This document shows, one piece after another, positions 49,996-64,000 of a stretch of 64,000 bases of DNA. The stretch is from Syncephalis fuscata S228. Its lineage: Eukaryota; Fungi; Zoopagomycota. The stretch is taken from positions 1-64,000 of the forward strand of contig JAHLTZ010000025.1 of the NCBI GenBank assembly GCA_025786725.1, read 5' to 3'. Within the stretch, counting starts at the first letter, position 1. Every line of letters begins with the position of its first letter. The notes under the pieces were generated by a model. The model was not told the origin of the DNA and ran no database searches. It saw only the letters and a list, made by a program, of their open reading frames with translations. The position numbers and the translations under genes are program-made.

Positions 49996-52543
49996 CTATT
50001 CTTGCTGTTCATAGCTAGCCGATCGTTTACTCGATGCTGCTTTTGATCCTGTCTCGTTTACAGATTCCGATTCGATTACTTGAATTTCATCAGTAGCGGT
50101 AGTTTCAAAAGAGCGTTGTGTATTTAGCGGACGAATAAATGATAAAGCACTCAGATATTTTGTTTTACGGCTCGTTACACTATCACGTAGTCGTTGCCGT
50201 AAATTACCTGATGATGTCTGCTCTCCAGGTGTTGCTTCGTAGGCTGGTGGCGGTGCTTCCACAGTAGACACTGTAGCCATAGTAACTAACGAACGAGGAC
50301 TATCTGGATAACGAGACGGTGATAGCAAGTTCGATGCGGCTCGTTCACGCTCCTTTAATCGAACAGCCATATCCACGGCATTATCAAGTTCTTCTTCGTT
50401 AAGACAGGACAGATTTGTATCAGTGACGGAGTAATACGCATTATGGGTGCCCAGATCCGTCCAAAGTGATATGTCAGAGTCACGATTCGCCTTTCTGCCC
50501 AGTGCAAAGTTAGAGGCAAAGGTTGGTCGATGTGTACGCTGTCCTTCACTGCTTCCAGAATTACTAAGACCGGATTTATTGCTACCTGTCGTATTTTTAG
50601 CATTAAAACGTTGTGTGCGCTTAGCAGATGGAGTTGATCGTTTATTGGCGGCAATAGTCATGGCGGCAGCTTCAGCCTTTCGCTGCTGTCGAACTGCTTC
50701 ACCACGCAGCAATTGTTGTACAATAAGTGTCGATGCCACAACATCTAATAAAGTAATTAGTATTAGTTATACAACATTAAATGCATATATTCATTACTTA
50801 CAGTCAACGCTGTAAAGCGCATTTGTGATATACGGTGGCATAGCTTGACTGACATAGAGTAGTGGGCAGAATACACTTGAGGCACAGGCACATACCAAAT
50901 AAATAAGACCATCTCGAGCTAGAGCATCGTAGACACGCGCAGCATTGCTGGCCATTGTGCATCGATGTCGCATCACCACGGCCAAGAAGAGGCCAGAGCA
51001 TACAAGGTTACTTAATACATCTATGACAATCTTGCTGTAAAATGTCTCGATACTAATACCAAATAGCATATATGGTGCGAGACAGCCATCATTCGGTAGA
51101 TGCTTTACATCAAGCGCATATACCCGTACCGCATTATAAGTCAATAGTGCAACAACGACGATTTCCACGCCAATGCCTACAACGGCCACCCAGTAGGCAC
51201 GCTTATGGCCATAATAGGCTTTAACCATAAGAATACCCGCCACAGCTCCGGTGCCCAAATAGCCGGTAATAAGTCCAATAGCGCGAATAACCTTACATGG
51301 CACAATTTGATCTTCACTATCGCCATCACCCACAAGTAATTGCGGTATCAACGGTAAATGGGCCATTAATACACCCGCGGTCAGCATGACTAATAGCCAA
51401 CGCGCAGGATTTCCACGATCGCGATTCAATAAGATCGACGAATTAATTGCATTACTTAGCGCAAAATAAAGCACAATACTAAGAATGCCACGACTTATCA
51501 TACGGCCGACAAAGCGATCACGTTCGCTTGCTATATACCAGCGTTCATTGGTGGCCGAGAAAGAGAAGAAATCTGGCTCTGGTTCAAGTTGTGTATCAAC
51601 CGGCGCTAGATTGGTACAAGCATGGACAACTTGCGGCTCATTCTGGCGGTGAAGTGCTAATGAGAAATTAACAAAGGCACGCGCTCCTTGCCGTGTCTCC
51701 AGACGTGGATGCAAACTGAGTGTCAGCTTGGGCAAAGTAAGATTGGCAATAGGTGGTTGTAGTGTAGCATTCAAAGAGGCTAATTTGTAAATAACACGAC
51801 AGCAATCAGTTAGCATATAGCCAAAAATAGCTAGTTTATATCGACTTACCTGATAGATCACCCAGCATACAGGAGCCAAAATGGCCAGGGAAGCATTTGT
51901 ACCGTGTAGACGACTCCGATGAGGACACAACAGGTGGACGTGAAACAGTCCGCCATGTATTAACAATATTCTCTCTATCTGGTACAAAATCCGTGGCTTT
52001 AAACGGCTTGCCATCATCGGGCATGCCATCCCAAGCATTCAACGAGGCCAGACTAACGATAGGTGCCTCGCCTGTACCCGCCGGAATAACTTGTTGTGGC
52101 TGATTAGGATAACGAAAGTCTGGATCGTAGACTCGATTAATGTGTTGGCAGTAACCAACTGAAGTGGTGTTGCTGGTACCGGCTACACCCGCCGACAAGT
52201 CAATGCTGTCAGAAAGTGCATTTTCGTGCAACTTTATCAAATACACTGCCCGATCATTAGGATCAATTCGCCGGCTACTGATGTACACTCGACCATAAGG
52301 CAAGCTGCCACCTGAATAAAAGGTAACTGTCACATCCATGGTAGGCGTACGTAGACGACCGCGGATTGCATCTAATGGCTCTAGACCGCTTCGCAACGGT
52401 ATTGCCACTCTAACACCCGAAGTCGAAAAGTCTGCATTGACACATTGAACATCAATATGCAATACAATGAATAATATTATACTAAGGAAATAAAGCATGT
52501 TGACTTTTACACCATGAATGGGCATTCTATCTTGAATGTCCAT
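49996..52543 (-). CDS. Seven-transmembrane GPCR-like receptor with signal peptide, large extracellular N-domain and long cytoplasmic tail (2 introns)
   Basis: Leader MLYFLSIILFIVLHIDVQCVNA. Seven hydrophobic segments in 50730-51500. Cys at the top of TM3 (PCKVIR) and in ECL2 (DGCLAP). Ser/Thr-rich tail with PPPAY. Start ATG uncertain (52543/52525/52498). Confidence 0.8.
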
Positions 52544-53204
52544 TACGGCCAATCAACTAAATCTAATGGAGTTGGATGTATATTAAGGTGGAACAATAAT
52601 AACAATAGTTATTTAACAAGCTAATAGACTATTTAACTCATTAATAGACCATAGATCATGTCCTTTGTCTGCACGTCTACACTATTATTACTACGATTAA
52701 TAAACTACACAATAACACTAGCAGTAACGCGATTAATGTACTATGCAAATAATAGGCACGAATAAATGGTGTTTGTATGAATTAATAGGACAAAATAAAA
52801 CGAATGGATGCCAGAACAAGGTGTGGCGGGCAATAAGATAGCATGTATTGTTTCGGTGTTTCATGAATAACTGAGCGGTGAAAAGAGAACTGGATTGTTA
52901 TCTGCATGCGTCTCTCAATGGGTGCCATAGTGTAACCTCATTGTAGAAAGACAGCGCGGTCCGCATGGCAATGAACACGCGCATGCTAATAACAATGGCT
53001 GTGCTGTTGTTACAGCCCACCAATGACTATGGCGAATTGCATTTTAATTGGTAATACCGCGTGAATGCTTGGTTTCCCTGTCGCCTTTGGCTTTTTATCC
53101 ACACAGTGTACGTCATATTAGAGCCAATCTAGGCCAGAAAGAGGTGGGAGTAGATTTGATGTGGAATGGCAGCTACCATATCGATCCTGTATACTTTTTG
53201 CCCT

Positions 53205-53934
53205 TTATGATGTCGATGTATGTCCTTTTGGAAAGGGCCGCACGGTCGAGGAGGCTAGAACAGCTTTGCGTTGTATCGTTATATGAATGGCCGAGTTGTG
53301 GCGTTCTTGTGCCTCTGGCATGCATTCCTAAATAAGACGAATAGTGTGTTAGTGCTTTTTATTGGTCTGGCTATTATTATTATTGGCCGTTGACTAAATC
53401 AATGTCACCTTGGCAGTTGTTGTGCCGAGTAAGAAATGCATTGGCGCCTACCTGATCTTTTGGATAAATATCATCGACTAGAGTGACAGTTGATGTAGTT
53501 GTTTGAAGGGATACTTGATGATGCATACTTGTTTCAATAGCCGTGGCCAGCTCAATGGCCCGGCCAATAGCTGCACCAAGTCCGTGAATAACAATAGTGT
53601 CGAATCTATTGTCAAAGTGTTTATAATAAATATTAGAGTGCTATAGAATTATAATTATACATACTTTGCCTCGTTTGAAGCTAAAAGCTTTTTCGCACGT
53701 GCTAATTGGCCGTGGAATGAGCTTTTTCGCGTAACATAAATGTCGTTTGGTTTAGTTGCTGCTCTTTGTGGTGCTCGCTTGGCGATCCGACCTTGAATTC
53801 CATTATTAGAACTGTTGTCGTGTCGCAGCTCACCATACTGTTAATGACTTACCTTGTATTGCGCGCTGTTGACGGGCAACTTGGCTAGTCCCCACGATCT
53901 TAAACGGAGTATTACTAGAGGATTGGGTACTCAT
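53205..53934 (-). CDS. POP7: RNase P/MRP subunit Rpp20/Pop7 (Alba fold), multi-exon
   Basis: KRAPQR..PNDIYVTRKSSF, IVIHGLGAAIGRAIELA, TSTVTLVDDI, RHNSAIHITI. Not in the ORF track because of introns. Confidence 0.88.
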
Positions 53935-54399
53935 TGTATAAAGTGCGTTACAAACAATACTGCGTAAAAAGTAAAAGTATAAAAAAATGGCGCTTCTTAT
54001 CTTCAAAAAGCAAAGGCAATAATTTTAAAGAGTTTTCATAATTTTATGGATCTATTTTTCTTTACTGTTTATTATTTGTCATTCTTATTACACTCGTTGT
54101 GTTTTCTATGAATATACTTGTCCTTATTGTTTGCTATCTATTCTTCTTATTACACTCATTGTTTTATTGATAAGATGTTTTATAATTATATTTGCTTTTA
54201 TACTATTAATTTTTATTCTTTCTTCTATTCCACCACTTGAACAATCCCCTCATCCACATTTCAATTTGCTCATAGCCTTTATATGTATAATGCCATTCAA
54301 TTTATGACTTGTATTATCATATTATATATATCATCTCATTTATTAATTAAATAAAAATAACCATTGTTTTTTGTATGTCAAACAATTTATTAGGCATTT

Positions 54400-54800
54400 A
54401 ATGTGGTTTGTGTCAAATGACTAAATTTAATAACATTCGCCTAGTTGAACTACATTTTCCTTCTATTGAACATGGGGACAAGTGGTGAGTTTTATTTAAT
54501 TGTCACATCATCACACTTATTGCTTTTTTGGGGACAAATGACTAATATTTAATGACGCCCAATCTATTGAACATGATGATGGGTGGTGAGTGACATCAGT
54601 CATCAAACACTCACCATTGTAGCTTTATTATCCAATATGCATATATCCACCGTTTACCTATATCATTCCCATTCTATCTCACATTACTATATATCATTAT
54701 ATGATATACTAGTCATATTCTATTGTTTATCTACACCAACACACTTTACTCATTCCACTCATTGCATTATATGCTTTCCACCGCACATTTATAATTTCAT
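54400..54800 (-). repeat. Dispersed repeat family B copies (partly tandem)
   Basis: AAATGACTAA..TTTAAT..ATTGAACATG..GGTGAG occurs twice (54415-54490, 54537-54600) and matches 33945-34000 and 45780-45835. Confidence 0.6.
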
Positions 54801-55309
54801 TTATCGTTCCATACTCGTATAGTCTTCCTCTATTCAATGTTTTTTGTTTTTGTTCTAGCTTTATTATTAACAAATGTCGACTAATGTCGGTCATCTGTTT
54901 AATTACTTTAACATTGCTAATCTCGTTCAATATTGTGTATTCATTATAATGTTTATCATTTTATTGTATATTGCCTATACGCTGTCTATAGTCGTTGTCG
55001 GTATGATTCCAGTTCTTTTATGAATAAAAGTTAACATATCGCACTTAGTTTGTTCACTGAGGTATATTGGCTGAATAAATAATATGAATATGAACGAAGT
55101 TATGTTTTATTAAAAATATTTATAAATAAACTAGATTATGTCAATTAGTTATGATTTTAGTGTTAATCAAGCAAAGTGACGGGTCTACATAGTAATAACA
55201 CATATTGTGATGATATATGCGTACTGGATAATGAATCTATGATGATGCAGTTTATTTAACTCAATTAACAAGTACTAAAAGTTAAAAGCTAAAAATGAAA
55301 TGATACATA

Positions 55310-55464
55310 GCATGTATATATTAACGCCACAATAACGACTGCGGAATGATATGGAATCGATCATATGACTTTTATTAATATTCAATCAATCTTCCTACAC
55401 ATGGTCAACAATGATCGGTCTTGTTTCAAAAAAAATCAAATGATATGTTACACTATTTATTTAA
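55310..55464 (+). mobile_element. Fanzor-derived repeat copy, 3'-truncated
   Basis: NNDCGMIWNR-DHMTFINIQSIFLHMVNNDR. Keeps the GAT Asp codon next to a 2-nt deletion. Confidence 0.7.
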
Positions 55465-55479
55465 AAGGCTACGGTTGCG

Positions 55480-55855
55480 TTTACTTTGCTCCCACATCTG
55501 TCCCCAAAGCGCAATTTGTTTCAACTGAGGTTATGCTGTTGTTATACGCAACATAATTATATTACTTCCTATTAAAATACTGTTAATAGATTGATTTAGA
55601 TAAAAGAATGTAACATACTATTTGATTTCATTGAAACGTTTTAGGCCGATTATTATTGTTGTTGGTCATGTGTAGAAAGATTGATCGAATATTAATAGAA
55701 GCCATATGGTTGCGATTCCATGCCATTCTGCATTTGTTGTTATTGTATCTACGTGCAATGTAAATTATTGCACCTAAATGGTCTTTTCTATTTTCCAATA
55801 TTCCACTATTGCATTTTGGGCATATTTGTGCTGTAAGATCAGGATTAATATAATT
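55480..55855 (-). mobile_element. Best-preserved Fanzor/TnpB-derived repeat copy: 73-codon open nuclease C-terminus (55849-55628) plus conserved tail
   Basis: INPDLTAQICPKCNSGILENRKDHLGAIIYIARRYNNNKCRMAWNRNHMASINIRSIFLHMTNNNNNRPKTFQ* matches the TS-x-x-C-x2-C...C..WNRD..AA.NI...RP..F pattern of TnpB/Fanzor (Zn ribbon plus RuvC-III). Confidence 0.82.
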
Positions 55856-56644
55856 AATTCCTTAATTATTTTAATAAAATTTAATGATTAACACAAGCTT
55901 AAAAAACAATACATTTACTAATAAACATCACAACTATAACATAGCTTAATAATATAGACATTTTAATAAACTAATGTTTATTAATAAACAATTTACTTTT
56001 GCAGTGTCATCTAAATCTAGCAATTTATTGCTATTATTGTGTATAACGCGCGATAAGTGTCCAACTACTTAGCTACTAGACCACAAGTTAGTAGCAAGCA
56101 ACCGATAATACAATATCAATTATTTCTTTCATATCATCTGCCCGCCCGTCGGCCTCTATCCTGTTTGCTAAACTAAAAGCGTAACATTTCTATAACAAAA
56201 TGGCTATCACATGGCCACTAGATTATAACTCTGCCACACCTAACGACAGTACAATTATTACCGCCGCATATGTCTTTTAGGTTACACCAAGAACATGTTC
56301 TGCAAAATTAACACTAATAATGCTGAAACTGCAGTTGGCGTTAAAACAAACGTTTTTTTATTAAGAAGCAAATACAAACTACCAATGAAACAGCTATTAC
56401 AAAGAAAAAATATGTAATTAACAATGTTCAGTTTGCAATGAACATTATTACAAGAAAATAAAGTGCAGTATAGGCAAATAATGAGTTAATCAATAAATAA
56501 TTTTTAAATTTAAAAAACATTAAAAACGGTGGATTTTTAAAAAAATATATTATGGTGAAAGATTTATAAGTTTAAAACAATGTATTTTAGTAAATTCACC
56601 TTTATTAATCAACCAATTAAATCATGGCAAACAATAACATCTTA

Positions 56645-59076
<2,432 letters not shown>

Positions 59077-59439
59077 ACTCAACTTTGTTTAAACAGCAAT
59101 TACAACAGTAAAAACGACAGTAACAAAAGACCAATAAGTAGAAATAATAGCCGTAGCGGTTGGGGGAAGAAGAAGAATGGGTAGTGCACCATAGGCCAAC
59201 CGTTTACTTACTTTTAGATATACGTCACCACGATGTATTGAACAAATGTGAGGTAGACTCAGCTAAATCAAAAACCATAGTTTTAATTCGGGTTGTCAGT
59301 CATTTCAGATAATATGGTTTTGACACTGAATCACATGAGTCTACTAATAAATCAATTAACATTAGGAAGCTATTATGCTTTTAACTTTCACATTTTTATT
59401 TATCCATTTCACCCTTCAACACTTTTGAATACAATTAAA

Positions 59440-59770
59440 CATTTATTATCACAAATATGCCCAAAATGCAATAGTAGAATATTAGAAACTAGAAGAGACC
59501 ATTCAGATGCAACAACAGATGTAGAATGGCCTAGAATTGCAATCATATGGTTTTTATTAATATTCAAACAATCTTTTTACACATGGCCAACAACAATAAT
59601 AATCGACCTCAAATGTTTCAATGAAATCAGATAGTATGTTACATTTTTTTATTCAAATCAATCTATTAACAACACTTAATAGGAAGCAATATAATTGTGT
59701 TGCGCATAATAGTGCGACTTAATTGAAATGAATTTTACTTTAAGAACTCAAAATGTGGGAGTCAAAGTAA
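59440..59770 (+). mobile_element. Fanzor-derived repeat copy at inner end of right arm
   Basis: SQICPKCNSRILETRRDHSDA..(deletion)..NCNHMVFINIQTIFLHMANNNNNRPQMFQ* and a tail ending GGGAGTCAAAGTA. Confidence 0.78.
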
Positions 59771-62503
59771 AAATGGCTTGATCATATAAATATTACTCGC
59801 TTAATCCAATGTTTTGTTTTATTTTAATATAGCTATACAGCTTTTGTTAATGGGCAATAAATAGAATTAATCTGTTTTCTATTATTGCAATAATGTATAA
59901 TGTTGGCTGCTTACTCTGATAGATAATTAGATTAAGCCTTATAATAGTTGGCTTAGTTGGTGGTCGTGTACATGTGAGTATATAAGAAGCTACAACGTGA
60001 TTGTAAATGTTTATTTATACAAACAACCAGGATTATAAATTATAGTGACAATAATAAACTATTTACAAACTAAACTCATTGATTCAATTTTATTTATGAC
60101 TCTTTGTTTTCTGTGCGCTATCTCAATTTGACGTTGCTGCTGTTCTGGTTGCATCAGCAACAGTCGACTTTTGATAAACGCAGTCCAGCTTAGCATAATT
60201 ACAATGGTTTGCTATAGGTTAAACCAGTAAACCTTCAAGCTTCTAATTGTTTTCTATTGGTTCTGCTTCGGCTTGTTCTTCTACACTCCATCTTGCTTAA
60301 CTTGTTGTCAGAGTTGGTTTCAGAAATGTAAGCAGTACTTAGGCCTTGGATGATTGCCAATTGATATACAATCCACAGCTACTATGCACTTGAAATTGCT
60401 GATATTTGGGTAGGACTTTCTACAGCGTCTAGTTTAGTGTCCACATATCGCATTGCGTATAATTTAACCAATGCAATTAGTCTACAGCTGAAAAACTGAT
60501 AAAAATAACTTGTTGGAATGTTTCATTGCTCAGAATTTCATGGTGCATCATCCTACAAACAGTACTTATTGTATAGGCAGCTTCAGATAACTTAGATTAA
60601 CGTCGTTTGAATGATCGTAGTTGCACATGTGGCATGATATGTCTGGATGCGATGCATTTGTGAATTCGAAACAACTATTGCCCCAAAAATGGGTATAGTG
60701 TCGAATGAAATGCATACATGTACCAATCAACACATTTATAATTTAAAAATCATGGCTGACCCATGTATGGCTGTAAAACCTGTATAAAATACCAGTTTGA
60801 TATATTAAACTTGTTTTGTATCAGTATTGTTGCTATTTTTGTATGTATGCAGATATTGAGGACCAGATCAGTGGAAATGGCAGCAAAACATCATTATCGC
60901 TTTACAAAGCCAAACAATATACCTGCTTTTACCAAATAGCTAAATCGTATAACAAAAAATACAGGCTAGTATGACTATTTTTATCACATATGTACTGGAT
61001 TATGAACGTTGTTATGTTATTTGTGTACATGACTGGTAGATTAAAGTAAAAGACCAGACAAGTTAAAATCAAGACCGGACAGGTTAAATCAAGACGAACA
61101 AGTTGAAATTAAGCCTAGGAAGCACACTATCACACCCTGAATCTACTGGACATGTGTACCTTAAACCATTATTTGGATTGCTCTATTGGCTCATATTACA
61201 CATCAATAGTGTACCTCATATACTACAGTATACTAGCATCTCAGTAAACCATAAGTTTAAATAGCCCACAAAATATACACGACCAACTGCGATATCATCA
61301 TCACTCTACTTCTTGCCAAACACACACTACTATACATTTTATATCACACACTCTATTGCCTGCTCTATTTGTTTGTTTTAACAAATTAATATCACTATGA
61401 AGCTTTCTATTGCCGTCGTTTGCACCGTCGTTGTGGCTTTGATAGCCACTACAACCACCATGGTGGATGCTAAACCAACCGCGGAACATGGTGCTCCAGC
61501 TCTAGCTCATTATAGTCCTGCGGATTGCAGGTCTTGCGTTGATATATGCGCTCGTTGGCGGTGGGACAAACGCAGCAAATGTCGTAAAGTGGAATGTAGC
61601 GAATGGTGTGAAAAATAAATGATTTCAAGACATTAGCATTGGTAGTGCAACCAAACCGCTATCCCGATCACTTTAGATATATATTCGTCAAAAGCAAAAG
61701 CATCTAGCAACTACGCCGTTCAGTCGACTTACATACCAGATATTGGCCAATGCTCCGGTTTATGCACTTTAATCAATAAAATTATTATTTTATTAACAAG
61801 TTTACAATTGGTTGCTCCTATTCGATTGTGCAGGCTTATAATAATGAACTTGTAATTCCATTTTAACAAAATAATAGTAATAAAACTGCCAATTAGTTTT
61901 CAACACTAAGAACTGTTGTTTGTTGAAACAGTGCTATGTCAGCTACATTTGAATTAGTTTGAATGAATCAGTCTGTACTATTTTCAATATTCGATATTAG
62001 TATTAATAAATGCTAAACAGTATTTAACATTATTAAAATATAACAAATAGATAAATAATAGTAATAATAATGTTAATCCATGTGTTGTTTTTGTAAGTAC
62101 TCAAATCAGTATAATTGGATATTTAATGGCACTCACCATCCATCGCCATATTCAATAAAATAAATATTATTAAATCTAGTCATTTAACATCAAATCATAC
62201 TAAATGGGTAATAGCTTCAATTATATTGTATAATAATGTTAAATGACATACAATATTTTATATGATGATACGGTTTATTTAACTCAACCAATAAATGTCA
62301 AATTGTTATAAATGTAATGGTACATAGCATGGATATATTAGTATAACAACGACTGTGAAATGATATGGAATTGCAACCATATGGCTTCTATTAATATTCG
62401 AACAATCTTTCTACACATGGCCAACAACAACAATAATCAACCTCAAATGTTTCAATGAAATCAGATAGTATGTTACATTCTTTTATCTAAATCAATCTAT
62501 TAA
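59552..62503 (+). repeat. Right arm of inverted segmental duplication (partner 45132-48394)
   Basis: See left arm. Lacks the SINE. The flanking repeats continue beyond both junctions on this side. Confidence 0.95.
61397..61618 (+). CDS. Small secreted 6-cysteine peptide, paralog 2 (C-x2-C-x3-C-x10-C-x4-C-x3-C)
   Basis: First 82 nt identical to paralog 1. Mature KPTAEHGAPALAHYSPADCRSCVDICARWRWDKRSKCRKVECSEWCEK. Confidence 0.9.
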   Translation: MKLSIAVVCTVVVALIATTTTMVDAKPTAEHGAPALAHYSPADCRSCVDICARWRWDKRSKCRKVECSEWCEK

Positions 62504-62605
62504 CAATATTTTAATAGGAAGCAATATAATTATGTTGTACATAGCAGCATGCCTTCAATTGGAACGAATTTTACTTTGAGGGCTTAAAATTGGGATCAAA
62601 ATGTA
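62120..62605 (+). mobile_element. Fanzor-derived repeat copy preceded by family-B sequence, at outer end of right arm (mirror copy 45132-45840)
   Basis: YNNDCEMIWNCNHMASINIRTIFLHMANNNNNQPQMFQ* and a tail ending TTTTACTTTG..GGGATCAAAATGTA. Confidence 0.75.
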
Positions 62606-63058
62606 ATCGATCCATTTCAATGTGTTCCAATTCATATTTTTTGGTAATCATTTGGGCCAATGTTGTCTTGCTAGAGCCTGAACAGCCGATAGTTAAAATA
62701 CATAGCGATGTATTACCCATTGTAACGACATTAGTAGCAATAAAGAGTAAATTGTAAAAGATAATTTAACTGGACTACTATTTTTAAATGATTAGATGGA
62801 TATCGACTCATCGTGATAACAATGGATTTAACATTTATTGGTTAAAATATAAATGAATAACTTAGCAAAAATAATATCAAGCAATAAAAAGGAAACAGTT
62901 GAAAAATAGGCCCGCTAATATAGCTGTACAAGATACAATGGTACAAATATTCACGCATTGTGAAGTAGTTAAAAACCAAAAATAATAAACTGCGGGGAGG
63001 TAATTGTATGTATCGACAGATTAAATTAAATTAACTTAAATTAACTGGAAAAGGTAAC

Positions 63059-63712
63059 TCATAGATCGATGATACCTCGTAGATCGTAGGCCAGCTCGAG
63101 TTGCTCAAACCATAACGCCGTTTCTCGAGGTGATCGGAATCGATAGACACATAAACGAGGATAATTACCAATAATCATGGGATATTCGTTTCTTAATTGA
63201 CAATGAAGCTTTACAGCATGTTTAATGGCTGTTAAGCCTGAAAACAATTTGAAGGGTCGACGGCGGCCAAATGAACACTTGAAAAACTTCTTTTTAAACA
63301 AAGAGCGGAAACTGCGCCATGCTGTACGACAGACTACATGTAATAATGAGTAGTCGAGCCATATTAGCGTGTCGGCGCGTGTCCATAGGAGGGGACGCCA
63401 AGCATAAAAGTTGCCATGGGTCACCCAGCCGTCGTCGTGCGCGTCCAGAATCAACTGGACCTGTAGGGCAGTTTCCTCGGCGTATTGGCCGCGAGGGGTC
63501 TCCTCGGGGCAGATGGCACTAAGATCGATTTGCGGCTGACGCAGTAGCCGAGATAGGTTGCAGGCAAGCTTTTCCTTGCCGGCACATCCATTACCAACGA
63601 TAATCATTCGACAAGGTGGCAGTTCATAGCTATAGGCATAGCTCATATTACCACAGCTGCCCTTTGATACATTGCTGTAGCGCGACTCGGCCGCGACAAT
63701 AGGCAAAACCAT
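63059..63712 (-). CDS. Intronless P-loop protein of the adenylate-kinase-like/FlaR (topology modulation protein) family with degenerate motifs
   Basis: RMIIVGNGCAGKEKLA, WVTHGNFY, ADTLIWLDYS..VCR..WRS, RFRSPRE..W. Confidence 0.75.
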   Translation of the reverse strand: MVLPIVAAESRYSNVSKGSCGNMSYAYSYELPPCRMIIVGNGCAGKEKLACNLSRLLRQPQIDLSAICPEETPRGQYAEETALQVQLILDAHDDGWVTHGNFYAWRPLLWTRADTLIWLDYSLLHVVCRTAWRSFRSLFKKKFFKCSFGRRRPFKLFSGLTAIKHAVKLHCQLRNEYPMIIGNYPRLCVYRFRSPRETALWFEQLELAYDLRGIIDL

Positions 63713-64000
63713 GACAAAGATATGATATGATAATGAAGGTGAGCGGTGGGTGTGACAACGATAAGAAGAGGGAAAAATGAAATGGAACGGCCAGAAGCAA
63801 GATAAACTATTACAAGACGTACAAGTTGGTGCCTATATAGCACGCTGGGTGGGTGCGTGACTTTGTACAATTAATAAAGAGCAAATTGAGCCGTGGGCTG
63901 TGCTAATGCATGGGTGGTGGGTGTAAGATGGTGGTGCTGAACCTGTTTACAAAAGACATGTGCTTCAACATGCGTGTGAGACTATTGGATCTCGTGAGTT

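Overview
Eukaryotic, AT-rich, gene-dense DNA with short GT-AG introns. Gene content points to an early-diverging fungus, possibly Zoopagomycota/Syncephalis-like; the taxon is inferred, not shown. Housekeeping genes: ERGIC-53/Emp47-type lectin, BUD27/URI, LMBR1-family transporter, SWIM-RING protein, TACC protein, AP-3 delta, FSH hydrolase, TRP4, POP7/Rpp20 and phosphoglucomutase. Accessory content: six small Ser/Thr-rich GPI-type surface proteins, a TRIM/RBCC-like gene, an F-box-like gene, a subtilase pseudogene, a 7TM receptor and a degenerate FlaR/adenylate-kinase-like gene. The most striking structure is a ~3 kb inverted duplication (45132-48394 / 59552-62503) around an 11 kb block. Each arm carries a secreted 6-Cys peptide gene with identical signal peptide and near-identical flanks but a hypervariable mature domain in which every differing codon is non-synonymous. 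Each arm is bracketed by remnants of a dispersed repeat that translates to the C-terminus of a Fanzor/TnpB nuclease, followed by a conserved ~145-nt omega-RNA-like tail (7 copies in the window). One arm also carries a young tRNA-derived SINE whose empty site is visible in the other arm. Single-base deletions in conserved genes suggest assembly indel errors, so isolated frameshifts were not treated as pseudogenisation. All alignments and counts were done by eye; no databases were searched.
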